A stretch of 44,160 bases of DNA from a virus: positions 1 through 44,160 of the IMG/VR virus record IMGVR_UViG_3300021256_000026; one strand, given 5' to 3'. Both the position numbers and the translations under genes were made by a program. The notes beneath the pieces are model-generated. The model was not told the origin of the DNA and did not search any database. It saw only the letters and a program-made list of their open reading frames with translations. Positions 35,601-42,364 of the stretch are shown here, piece after piece (position 1 is the stretch's first letter; every line of letters begins with the position of its first letter).

Positions 35601-35921
35601 GGTGAGTCCTGTGATGGAAGCGATGGCTCCACCAATGACACCCATGTAGCGGTTGAAACCGTCGGCTATCTTACCGAAGCGGCTGGAGAGTGTGTTTGTC
35701 TCGTCGGCTACCGCCTTGATGTTGCGTCGGTGTTCGGCGAGTATGCCTTTGAGTTCTCGTATCTTCTTGGCACGTTCCTCATACTCCTTGGTGCCTACAG
35801 TGAGTTTATTCATCTCTGCTGTAAGTTCTCGGATGCGAGATTTTATCGACTTGACGCTGCCATCGATCTCCTGATTGTCGATGTACAGTTTGACTGTTCT
35901 ACTGACGTTTTTACTTGTCAT
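32598..35921 (-). CDS. Tail tape measure protein
   Basis: 1107 aa. Long coiled coils, a central hydrophobic segment and a Gly/Ala-rich core (AGADAIVQFTARLAGVAQQAGLTQAEIMG) typical of tape measure proteins. Confidence 0.85.
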   Translation of the reverse strand: MTSKNVSRTVKLYIDNQEIDGSVKSIKSRIRELTAEMNKLTVGTKEYEERAKKIRELKGILAEHRRNIKAVADETNTLSSRFGKIADGFNRYMGVIGGAIASITGLTMTIRKSVQDFADMEEAEAQVRKYTGMTAEQVKELNEELKALDTRTSREELNALAGEAGRLGITSKDAIMEFVDGADKIRVALGDDLGETAVRDIGKLAQMFGEDKKRGLRGAMLATGSAVNELAQNSSAGADAIVQFTARLAGVAQQAGLTQAEIMGIGSVMSQNMQEIPTSATVISQLITKMMQDTGRFAKLAGQDVGEFTELLRTDANKALVTFLNAMKQRGGFQEMAQMFDEMKMDGTRAVGVLSALAGHLDQLAEAQSLANQAYEEGTSVINEFNVQNNTVQAQLEKAKKQFHEISVELGEKLMPIARYGITTGSAMVKILSQLITFVSQHRVTLIALAATLAISNARQLYAISLAKLQVFWNEKLIVSFKALATAIKANPWGVAIAAITTLMGLLVDAAAKHDEEVQKMDAVSRAHKRASEQYEEESSKVQALIEMVNNSNNSYELRKAKLDELKSIVPGYHADLTTEGKLINNNTEALKRYLENLERSIKLKAAQEDLEAAYRKKRNLEKQRGTLQEQESKDAFSLTAAQWSANSTANKLGTKGMQVISRGTDIATKQAQDRLTKTRQQLSETNKAISETQKDIDDLNKEITTASKGLAVSAAPVPPPAPPIPPVHGGGASGGKSGKNGRSDRTPKEKTTEQIEAEKQREIKKQVQDDLKKIDEKYQEERNKTAQQYLDGELESREEYSEKLRELEMQELEERLQVLNLEPEQREQIKQQILENQIELMEQKRELDEQAAQEEKDRKRKAKEAFMEHEKSMRDIAYKGMLEVANAIGRGLTSALKGEEDGIKEALKSVLKSILLSMIDYLEKQLIVDDAIIMADSIAKYGPIIGPIRAAASMALAHAPYEIAKGIVQAFDKGGFTGSGAWDEPKGIVHANEFVANRYATRNPNILPVLNLIDHAQRVGNVQNLTPQDVAAVLPSQHYATVAQPSNNNTQRTVVPQMPAEMVNLMRQLSKRLEKPLIAETYITGKRGISEAQTLTDKMKSNVSRR

Positions 35922-36465
35922 TGGTTGTTTTTTTTACGATTCTCATTCTATCAAACTCCTCGAGCACATGGCGCAAGGACTCGTCGCCATAGTATTCGCC
36001 TGCGATGTCGGCGAGTTCCGCGATGTGGCGGTCTATCATTGGGTCGAGCCAGTTTTTTGGCACACGAGGTTTAGCCGGTGTGGAAAGAGGTATGGAATAT
36101 TGCGCAATCTCTTTTTTTGAATATCCCTTATTGTGTAGTTGAGTGTATATCTCTTCGCCCTTGTGCACCCGTCGTGCACGTACCACGGTGTCGCCTTGGC
36201 GTATCCATCCACGCCCGACGCCATAAGAGACGAAGACACCATATCTCTCGAATCGGAATCCTACCCACTTGGCAACGCCATCGTCCTTGCCGAGTGACAC
36301 AACGTCCTTAAGCCGTGAACGTAGTCTTCCGCTGTAGTCTTTCGTCATGGCGGTGAGAGCGCCGTGTGACTCGGCACGGACTTTTTCGCCCCACTGCTTG
36401 ACGCGGCGGTTGAACTCCTCGGCGGTGATGAGGTTGTCTTCGTTCGTGGTGGTAGGTGATATCAT
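35911..36465 (-). CDS. Hypothetical protein upstream of the tape measure gene (184 aa)
   Basis: The ORF overlaps the tape measure start by 11 nt. No frameshift signal recognised. Confidence 0.6.
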   Translation of the reverse strand: MISPTTTNEDNLITAEEFNRRVKQWGEKVRAESHGALTAMTKDYSGRLRSRLKDVVSLGKDDGVAKWVGFRFERYGVFVSYGVGRGWIRQGDTVVRARRVHKGEEIYTQLHNKGYSKKEIAQYSIPLSTPAKPRVPKNWLDPMIDRHIAELADIAGEYYGDESLRHVLEEFDRMRIVKKTTNDK

Positions 36466-36468
36466 ATT

Positions 36469-37134
36469 TTACACTGTTTTGGCGTACAGGAGTGCTGCAC
36501 GGACGTAAGTTGCAACTGTTGCGTCGAAGCCCTTATGAGAAGTGAGCCAACGCACATCGTCGATGTTATCTTGGAACTTGCCCTCAACTAGAACTGCAGG
36601 GCAATAAGTGTCACGGCAGATGGCGAGGTTCTGCGGCCACCAGTTCTGCTTTGGCATCGGTCGTCGTACACCTATGCCGTTTTCCTCAGCAGCCTTGGCA
36701 AAACAGTCGGCAAGATGCTTGGACTCCTTGGAAGCATTGAGCGACACGCGTATGCTCCATCGGTTGTTTGGGTTGCCTCCTGGGATATGCCACTTGCCGT
36801 CGCATGGAGGGCATGCGTCGAGGTGTACGGATATGACACAGACGTTGGCGGTGCCGTTGATGCGTGCGACGTTGTTGGCACGTGCAACACGAGTTCTGAG
36901 GGGTGTGTCTGTCTGTTCAGGAGTGAGCAGACGAGCATCATAACCTTGAAGTTGGAGTCGTTTTACTACCTCTGCAGCCACAAGACGGGCATAATAGTAT
37001 TCGCGGAGTCGATAATGCCCATCAGCGCCCTGGAGTACTCCAATGGTGCCTATTGGCTGAGACATGTACTCTACTGGAGGCGAGCATTTGCCTCCTGTGT
37101 TAGAGCCGTGACCGTTGTCTATTAGGAATATCAT
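36469..37134 (-). CDS. N-acetylmuramoyl-L-alanine amidase (Amidase_3-like)
   Basis: Motifs FLIDNGHG and VISVHLDA, typical of zinc amidases. Confidence 0.65.
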   Translation of the reverse strand: MIFLIDNGHGSNTGGKCSPPVEYMSQPIGTIGVLQGADGHYRLREYYYARLVAAEVVKRLQLQGYDARLLTPEQTDTPLRTRVARANNVARINGTANVCVISVHLDACPPCDGKWHIPGGNPNNRWSIRVSLNASKESKHLADCFAKAAEENGIGVRRPMPKQNWWPQNLAICRDTYCPAVLVEGKFQDNIDDVRWLTSHKGFDATVATYVRAALLYAKTV

Positions 37135-37145
37135 GATGTTTGGAT

Positions 37146-38147
37146 TTACATTGCAAAGAAGCCTGTGTGGTTGTCGTTATCGCGTACTATATTGCCTGGC
37201 TCGTCTCCGAAGAGGTCAGGGTAATAAGTGCGAAGGAATGATTTCAGATGGGACTGAGATTCGAGAAGGTCCTTCTTCAGAGTGGCGAGACGGTCGCCTA
37301 TCTGCTTGTCATTGGCCGGTGTCTTGGTATGATTGACACTGGCTGCTGCCTTGACCGCCTCAAAGTATAGTCCTCGGTCGGTAAGGGTTCCTGTGCGCTG
37401 GACTAGTCGGAGGGCAGAAGCAAACACAATGACCGGTACGCACTTCTGGCGCAACTGTTCGAGTGACACTGGGAAGTCGTCAGGGTAAGAGTCAGGTTTC
37501 TGAAGCCACGCACAATACTGATTGTAGGTTGTCGCTCCCATGGTCGCCTGCAGGTCGGCACCTGCTGCCATAGTGAACTCTCCCTGCAGGCGTAGAAAGA
37601 CGAGTGTGGAATGTCCGATGTTAAGATACTGCTCCACTTCAGCACGATTGCGAACTGTTGACAACTGTCGTCTGGTGTATGCATCTGAACGCCGGAACTC
37701 AGGGAACTTGTTTATATTGTCAGCGAGAAAATCAAGGAGAGCATCGAGAGCATTGAGTCCTTGCTGGTGGAAGTTCTCACGCATGCGGTCCTCCTGGTAC
37801 TTGTATGCCGGCACCCATTCGTCGGACTGCTGACGTTGGAATCCTTGGTCGGTGATGCGGAGGTTGAGAGAGTCGAAGTGCCACCAGAACGCGAGGTTGG
37901 CTTCCGCTCGTTTGGCAATGTCGAGTGCCTGTCGCTCGAGTTCCTGCGTTGCGGTGTCGGCTGACATGCGCTCGTCATAGATGCGCTGAAGCCGGGCAAG
38001 CATGGTACTGCCCAGGAGATTGAGAAGGAACAAACTCTCGACACTGCCAAGGGCGTGTTCCATCTTTTGAAAACTGAGAGATGCCGAAGCCGGAACGTAT
38101 GGTGAAATCTCGGCGGCATTGTTCCATTTGAATTGTGAAAAAAGCAT
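37146..38147 (-). CDS. Hypothetical structural protein (333 aa), first gene of the tail operon
   Basis: ORF preceded by a -7 box at 38170-38177. Confidence 0.65.
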   Translation of the reverse strand: MLFSQFKWNNAAEISPYVPASASLSFQKMEHALGSVESLFLLNLLGSTMLARLQRIYDERMSADTATQELERQALDIAKRAEANLAFWWHFDSLNLRITDQGFQRQQSDEWVPAYKYQEDRMRENFHQQGLNALDALLDFLADNINKFPEFRRSDAYTRRQLSTVRNRAEVEQYLNIGHSTLVFLRLQGEFTMAAGADLQATMGATTYNQYCAWLQKPDSYPDDFPVSLEQLRQKCVPVIVFASALRLVQRTGTLTDRGLYFEAVKAAASVNHTKTPANDKQIGDRLATLKKDLLESQSHLKSFLRTYYPDLFGDEPGNIVRDNDNHTGFFAM

Positions 38148-38169
38148 ATTGTCTGGCGTTTTGTTTCCA

Positions 38170-38177
38170 CAAAGTTA
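38170..38177 (-). promoter_or_regulatory. -7 promoter box (TAACTTTG) flanked by a 7-bp inverted repeat
   Basis: Plus-strand caaagtta, 22 nt upstream of ATG 38147. tgtttcc/ggaaaca bracket the box. Confidence 0.55.
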
Positions 38178-38204
38178 GGAAACAAAGTGCTAAGCGAGTA
38201 GGAC

Positions 38205-38237
38205 ACAAAAAAAGGCCGACGCTCACGCGCCAGCCTT
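38205..38237 (-). terminator. Rho-independent terminator (minus strand)
   Basis: Hairpin 38212-38237. One inner pair is a G-U only in minus sense. An A-run on the plus strand gives a U-run after the hairpin. Confidence 0.6.
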
Positions 38238-38342
38238 TGGTTTAAATTCTCTTAAAATATGATTTACCATTTCTCGGTGAGTTCCTGCCTCACGGCAGAA
38301 AAGTACCTAATCATTAGAATATGAACAAAAAAAATTATCTAA

Positions 38343-38636
38343 TCATTTATGAAGTCTGCTGTAAACTTGCCATACTATCCCACCCTCGAAGGTGGTTGTG
38401 TGATACCCTTCATCGAGCATCCATCTGGAGAGTGATGACTTGCTAACATCTGTCATCTCCTCGAACTTGTAGGCGATTTCCGCCGTTGTGAGGTACTGGA
38501 GTTCTGAGAACTCCACAGTCTGCTCGGGTGAAAAGTTTTCACGGAGCAAAGATACGAATATGTCCTTAGGTTTCGATTGGACATTTTTCTTTTCGTCTTT
38601 TTTTTCTGGTTGTCTGAATCCTATTGCCATAGTCAA
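38343..38636 (-). CDS. Hypothetical protein (97 aa)
   Basis: ORF with an ATGA overlap to the upstream gene. Confidence 0.6.
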   Translation of the reverse strand: MTMAIGFRQPEKKDEKKNVQSKPKDIFVSLLRENFSPEQTVEFSELQYLTTAEIAYKFEEMTDVSKSSLSRWMLDEGYHTTTFEGGIVWQVYSRLHK

Positions 38637-38995
38637 TCCTCCCTGTTTTCTTTTTCTTCCTCAATTTCTTTATATATATCGCGTAACCCTCTTAGAATCC
38701 GAGCATCGTTCCTGAGGGCTCGGTGATATTCCAGTAAGTTGTCAAAAGTAATCAGAGTTCTGTCGGTGAAAACGTCTTGCATATCTTGCGAGAGCAGCAT
38801 GTCATCTACGGTTGTTATCATGCTTTCCTGCTCTTCCAGTGTTTCTGAGAAGTCGAGAGTCAATGGGTAGAGTATTGATTTGATCCTACGGAAGCGTTCT
38901 GCATCGCGGATAACCTCGTTCATATCCTCTTGCTTCATAGCATCGAAGCGCTCTTTCTCGAGCATTTTCTGTGGTTTGTTGTTGTTCATAATCAA
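38633..38995 (-). CDS. Hypothetical acidic protein (120 aa)
   Basis: ORF with an ATGA overlap to the upstream gene. Confidence 0.6.
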   Translation of the reverse strand: MIMNNNKPQKMLEKERFDAMKQEDMNEVIRDAERFRRIKSILYPLTLDFSETLEEQESMITTVDDMLLSQDMQDVFTDRTLITFDNLLEYHRALRNDARILRGLRDIYKEIEEEKENRED

Positions 38996-39342
38996 TCCTC
39001 CAATCTATATGATACATCAATAAAACGTCCTCTCTCGATTGAGTAGCGGAGGACTTTGGCTACCTCTTTGTATTGCACACGCGCGACTGAAGAGTCCGGA
39101 CTGTCTGCTCGTTCAATGTTTATCTGCCCTCCCCCATCGACAAGGTCTTTGTATTCTTCCACTCTCCACGCGCTGCCTATCGGCTTGTCTTTGTCGATGC
39201 GCTCTTTCAGTTTTCCGATGAAAACGTCGAGTGTCTCTCTATTGATAAAGCATGTTTTGTCTGCCTTACCAAAGATAGAAAGAGTGTTGTCCAGGAACTT
39301 GGGGCGAGAGTTCTTGACGAAGAGATTATAACACATCAACAT
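38992..39342 (-). CDS. Hypothetical protein (~116 aa)
   Basis: ATG 39342 (MLMCYNLF) is preferred. It is preceded by AGGAGG and overlaps the stop of the upstream ORF. Confidence 0.55.
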   Translation of the reverse strand: MLMCYNLFVKNSRPKFLDNTLSIFGKADKTCFINRETLDVFIGKLKERIDKDKPIGSAWRVEEYKDLVDGGGQINIERADSPDSSVARVQYKEVAKVLRYSIERGRFIDVSYRLED

Positions 39343-39548
39343 AGCGCACCTCCTATTCCTATTATAATTATAGCAGCCGCATACCATAGATGTGAGAAGA
39401 TTACGTCCTTATGGGTGACCTTCTCACCACACAAGGAAGAGAATGTTCTTGACTGAGCGTCAAGCCAGGTGTTGCAGTTCTTTACAGTTCTTTCGACTGT
39501 TGAAAGAACCGACGGGCGAACTTGCCCGAGTTTGATTGTTCGTTGCAT
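39336..39548 (-). CDS. Possible small protein with a hydrophobic C-terminus (70 aa)
   Basis: The ORF ends in an overlap with the next start codon. Coding status uncertain. Confidence 0.35.
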   Translation of the reverse strand: MQRTIKLGQVRPSVLSTVERTVKNCNTWLDAQSRTFSSLCGEKVTHKDVIFSHLWYAAAIIIIGIGGALC

Positions 39549-39552
39549 GTTG

Positions 39553-39826
39553 CACTATCTTGTTTGCCTGCCAGCGTACCGCACTGGCGCAGAGACAGAG
39601 AAACGGCTGCGCTTCCCGTTGCAAACAAGATAGTGACTCACCCGAAGGGCAGTGTATTCTTACGAGAAGGCAGCCGTCTATCAATAGGACTGGACGTTAG
39701 GATTGCTCCCTCATTTCTTATAAACCTTTTACGTCTTCCTTAGAGTTCTGGCATAAAAAAGGCTCATGCCTTTTGGCTGAGCATTAACCGATGCCCTGCG
39801 GAGTGGACTACCACTATCTTGTTTGC
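39553..39826. repeat. Three exact copies of the 15-mer CACTATCTTGTTTGC (direct, inverted, direct)
   Basis: Copies at 39553-39567 (+), 39621-39635 (inverted) and 39812-39826 (+). The last lies 5 nt from the -7 box at 39832-39839. Confidence 0.85.
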
Positions 39827-39831
39827 GAGGG

Positions 39832-39839
39832 CAAAGATA
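39832..39839 (-). promoter_or_regulatory. -7 promoter box (TATCTTTG)
   Basis: Plus-strand caaagata. The predicted transcription start falls inside a copy of the 15-mer. Confidence 0.5.
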
Positions 39840-39874
39840 GGAAATTCCCCGATAACTTCCAAACTTTTCCGATA

Positions 39875-39882
39875 TAAATTTG
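39875..39882 (+). promoter_or_regulatory. Plus-strand -7 promoter box (TAAATTTG) upstream of hairpin repeat A
   Basis: Exact TAnnTTTG, 21 nt before 39904. Confidence 0.4.
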
Positions 39883-39903
39883 TTTTTAAAGGGCAAATTA
39901 GTT

Positions 39904-39978
39904 ACTGGGAGGCGAGCCCCTAGCCCGATGCGCAACCCGAGAGAAGAACTTCTCTTCGCCTGTGGCTCGCCTCCCAGA
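39904..39978. repeat. 75-nt extended-hairpin repeat, copy A
   Basis: 12-bp outer stem gggaggcgagcc/ggctcgcctccc and inner hairpin agagaag-aa-cttctct. About 90% identical to copy B. Confidence 0.85.
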
Positions 39979-39999
39979 TTCGGATTAGAATCCGTTATA

Positions 40000-40025
40000 C
40001 AGTCCGTTGGACTGCTTTTCTTTCT
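40000..40025 (+). terminator. Plus-strand intrinsic terminator after repeat A
   Basis: cagtcc-gtt-ggactg followed by cttttctttct. There is no U-run in the minus sense. Confidence 0.5.
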
Positions 40026-40043
40026 ATTATAATAGAGGTCTTA

Positions 40044-40397
40044 TCATTCAACCTGTCCTGTGGACTCGTTTAAGAAACTAACGCTGAAGCACATCCAACT
40101 TTCTTTATCTGTCCAGTCTCCTGCCAGGTACTTGAGCCTTACGCTTACCTTACGTGGAACCATGTTGCCTAAGCCGTTCATCGTCTTTATATCGGCAACG
40201 ACATGATAGGTATGTTCACTTGTTTCTTCCACTCCCACGACATCGTATTCGAGATCGTTAGAAGAAATTACTTGTTCCTTCACGAAATCCTCGGCAATAA
40301 TGCCGGCTCTTGTTGCGCTTGGTGAGTTGTCATCACACGATGTTAGCAACATAATCGCAATCAAAGACACGATTGTTAAAAAGAATCTTTTTTTCAT
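40044..40397 (-). CDS. Lipoprotein (117 aa), moron-like
   Basis: Signal peptide plus lipobox MKKRFFLTIVSLIAIMLLTSC. Confidence 0.7.
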   Translation of the reverse strand: MKKRFFLTIVSLIAIMLLTSCDDNSPSATRAGIIAEDFVKEQVISSNDLEYDVVGVEETSEHTYHVVADIKTMNGLGNMVPRKVSVRLKYLAGDWTDKESWMCFSVSFLNESTGQVE

Positions 40398-40426
40398 AGT
40401 TTGTAAGTTTAGATGAATTTAAATGA

Positions 40427-40502
40427 ACTGGAAGGCGAGCCACTAGCCCGATGCGCAACCCGAGAGAATATCTTCTCTTCGCCTTATGGCTCGCCTCCCA
40501 GA
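40427..40502. repeat. 75-nt extended-hairpin repeat, copy B
   Basis: Same architecture as copy A. One outer-stem position is an A/C mismatch in plus sense but a G-U pair in minus sense. Confidence 0.85.
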
Positions 40503-40538
40503 AGAGGAAATTGGACTCATTGTTATATTTGTCGGGGA

Positions 40539-40546
40539 CAAAGATA
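40539..40546 (-). promoter_or_regulatory. -7 promoter box (TATCTTTG) upstream of repeat B and the lipoprotein gene
   Basis: Plus-strand caaagata, 141 nt upstream of ATG 40397. Confidence 0.45.
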
Positions 40547-40722
40547 GAAATAAAAATCGGAATGGCAACGATTAGGACTGAAAATAACTATCGTTGCCGA
40601 CCGCATCGAGACCGACCGCCCCCCACCCGATTTCTAAAAGTGTTAACAGCCGTTAATATTTCCTTAAAGCCGACTGCTTCCCCGACTGCTTCGGTAGGGC
40701 GCGTCGGGCTGCGGAGCAGGAA

Positions 40723-40752
40723 AAGGGCGCAAAATTGGCATTTTGCGCCCTT
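40723..40752. terminator. 13-bp-stem hairpin, terminator for the XRE gene (possibly bidirectional)
   Basis: aagggcgcaaaat-tggc-attttgcgccctt, 14 nt after the stop at 40766. T-rich on both sides. Confidence 0.6.
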
Positions 40753-40765
40753 TATAATTTGATTT

Positions 40766-41008
40766 TTAGGCTGTTGTGTTTGGTTTTGGTTTTTTTCGGT
40801 TTGGAACGAGGTCTATTCTCTTGCCGAGGGCTTCGGCTATTGTCTGCAGAGTGTCAAAGCCTACAGAGTAATAACCTCGCTCAATGCGCGATATGTGCGT
40901 GCTACTTATGTTTGTGCGCATTGCCAGTTCATCTTGTGTGATGTTCTGCTCTCTTCTAATTTCAACGATGCGTTGTCCTATGCGCTGACGTTCTTGTTCT
41001 TTTTCCAT
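40766..41008 (-). CDS. XRE-family HTH transcriptional regulator (80 aa)
   Basis: HTH_3 pattern QNITQDELAMRTNISSTHISRIERGYYSVGFDTLQTIAEALG. Confidence 0.7.
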   Translation of the reverse strand: MEKEQERQRIGQRIVEIRREQNITQDELAMRTNISSTHISRIERGYYSVGFDTLQTIAEALGKRIDLVPNRKKPKPNTTA

Positions 41009-41009
41009 A

Positions 41010-41336
41010 TTAATCTTGGTATCCGTTGTTAAGTTCGTATTGGTTCTCTTCTTCCTCTTCGATGAGTGCGAGGAAGTTCCATGCTTCGGTGAGTAGGCTG
41101 TCGAGGTCGGCTTCTTCTCGCTCTGACGGGCTGAAGAAGTTTACCTCGACGATATCATTCTTCCATTCTTCATAATCGGCCCAATAACTGGTGTCGTAGT
41201 CCCTTATGAGAATGAAAATTCGCGGAAAGTCCATCCTGAGCAGTCCGCACTGCCCAGGATGGTTCAAGATGTTGTCACATAGCCACCAATGTTGACTCTT
41301 CTCGATGGCTTCTTTTCTGATTGCTTCTGGTGTCAT
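41010..41336 (-). CDS. Hypothetical acidic protein (108 aa)
   Basis: ORF with a 1-nt gap to its neighbours; Asp/Glu-rich. Confidence 0.6.
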   Translation of the reverse strand: MTPEAIRKEAIEKSQHWWLCDNILNHPGQCGLLRMDFPRIFILIRDYDTSYWADYEEWKNDIVEVNFFSPSEREEADLDSLLTEAWNFLALIEEEEENQYELNNGYQD

Positions 41337-41337
41337 A

Positions 41338-41598
41338 TTAGTAAATCAATAAATACATATAGCCACCACCGTCACAGAAGACCTCGCAGTCGAGTTTCGA
41401 TGCCTTGCACATTTCATTGGTTCTCTTGTCGGCATGATTTTTTATGATGTCAAACTCCTCGTCTGTCCATTCTCCGAGGTTCTTCTTGCTCATTCTTGCC
41501 TCCCATCCTGGAACAACGTATTTATCTGTATTCTTATAGGGGTGTTCCTCGCACTCAGCAATCACCTCTGCCAAGATTTTGTAAAAAGTTTCTTTCAT
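41338..41598 (-). CDS. Hypothetical protein (86 aa)
   Basis: ORF on the operon strand. Confidence 0.55.
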   Translation of the reverse strand: MKETFYKILAEVIAECEEHPYKNTDKYVVPGWEARMSKKNLGEWTDEEFDIIKNHADKRTNEMCKASKLDCEVFCDGGGYMYLLIY

Positions 41599-41702
41599 AG
41601 TTCCTTATCTTTTTAGTTCCTTGATTTCGTTATTTTCCTTTGCCTCTCTCTTCTCCGGCGTGTGCCGCTCGATGGTGTAAGTGGGCAGAAGTTCTCATGG
41701 CC

Positions 41703-42236
41703 TTATGCGTGCTTAATGTTGTCGTTGTCCTTGATAGCCTCGTACACCTTCTGACTGAAGGTAATGAACAACTCGGTGCGCTGCTTCCAGAGGTCGCGCT
41801 TGGTGTTGATGTAATAACCGATGTTGTTCTTCTTGCACCACTCGTCGTGAGCAGCAATGAAGTCGTTGACAGCCTGGTTGTAAGCCTTCTTGGTCTTGTA
41901 TTCTTTGCTTACAGGGTACTGAAGTTCGAATGTCGGAGTCTCAGCGTCAAGTTTTGCATACTCCATGGTGATGCGGTCGAACTCATCAACCTGTGCCTGT
42001 GTCAACTCCACCTCGTCGATGTTGAAGTAGCGTCCGGCATCACTGCCCTCGGCACCCATCCAGAAGTTGATTGACTTGGGGTAGTTATGCCAAGCGGCAT
42101 AACTGTGCCCTGATACTCCGAAGTACTCACCGTTATCATTCATAATAAAGAGGTCGGGCATGTTAGCCTCATACTCGCTGCTTGCGATAACGTAGAACTT
42201 CTTAGTCTCGCTGTTGTTGTTTGATGTAGTATTCAT
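41703..42236 (-). CDS. Hypothetical protein (~177 aa)
   Basis: The start was moved to ATG 42236 (MNTTSNNN) because the -7 box at 42300-42307 overlaps the ORF-track start at 42302. Confidence 0.6.
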   Translation of the reverse strand: MNTTSNNNSETKKFYVIASSEYEANMPDLFIMNDNGEYFGVSGHSYAAWHNYPKSINFWMGAEGSDAGRYFNIDEVELTQAQVDEFDRITMEYAKLDAETPTFELQYPVSKEYKTKKAYNQAVNDFIAAHDEWCKKNNIGYYINTKRDLWKQRTELFITFSQKVYEAIKDNDNIKHA

Positions 42237-42299
42237 AATTTTCTGCCGCTGTTTTCCGTTGCCGCCGGTGTTTATTGTTATTGTTTTAGGTTTACAATG

Positions 42300-42307
42300 C
42301 AAAGATA
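42300..42307 (-). promoter_or_regulatory. -7 promoter box (TATCTTTG)
   Basis: Plus-strand caaagata. Confidence 0.5.
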
Positions 42308-42322
42308 AGTATTTTATTCGAA

Positions 42323-42364
42323 CTTACCAAATATTTAAAGTTGAAAGTTTAAATATTTGGTAAG
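42323..42364. promoter_or_regulatory. Perfect 17-bp inverted repeat (operator candidate) over the -33 region of the 42300 promoter
   Basis: cttaccaaatatttaaa (42323-42339), 8-nt spacer, tttaaatatttggtaag (42348-42364). Confidence 0.6.

Noticed and set aside
35911-36465. Programmed -1 frameshift tail-chaperone pair upstream of the tape measure gene
   Set aside because: Only one ORF precedes the tape measure gene, and I found no slippery heptamer or overlapping extended frame. This may need dedicated software.
40451-40762. Plus-strand ORF of 103 aa between the lipoprotein and XRE genes
   Set aside because: It runs through hairpin repeat B, a 9-bp-stem hairpin and the 13-bp-stem terminator. 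It has a Pro/Arg-rich implausible sequence and starts inside the repeat.
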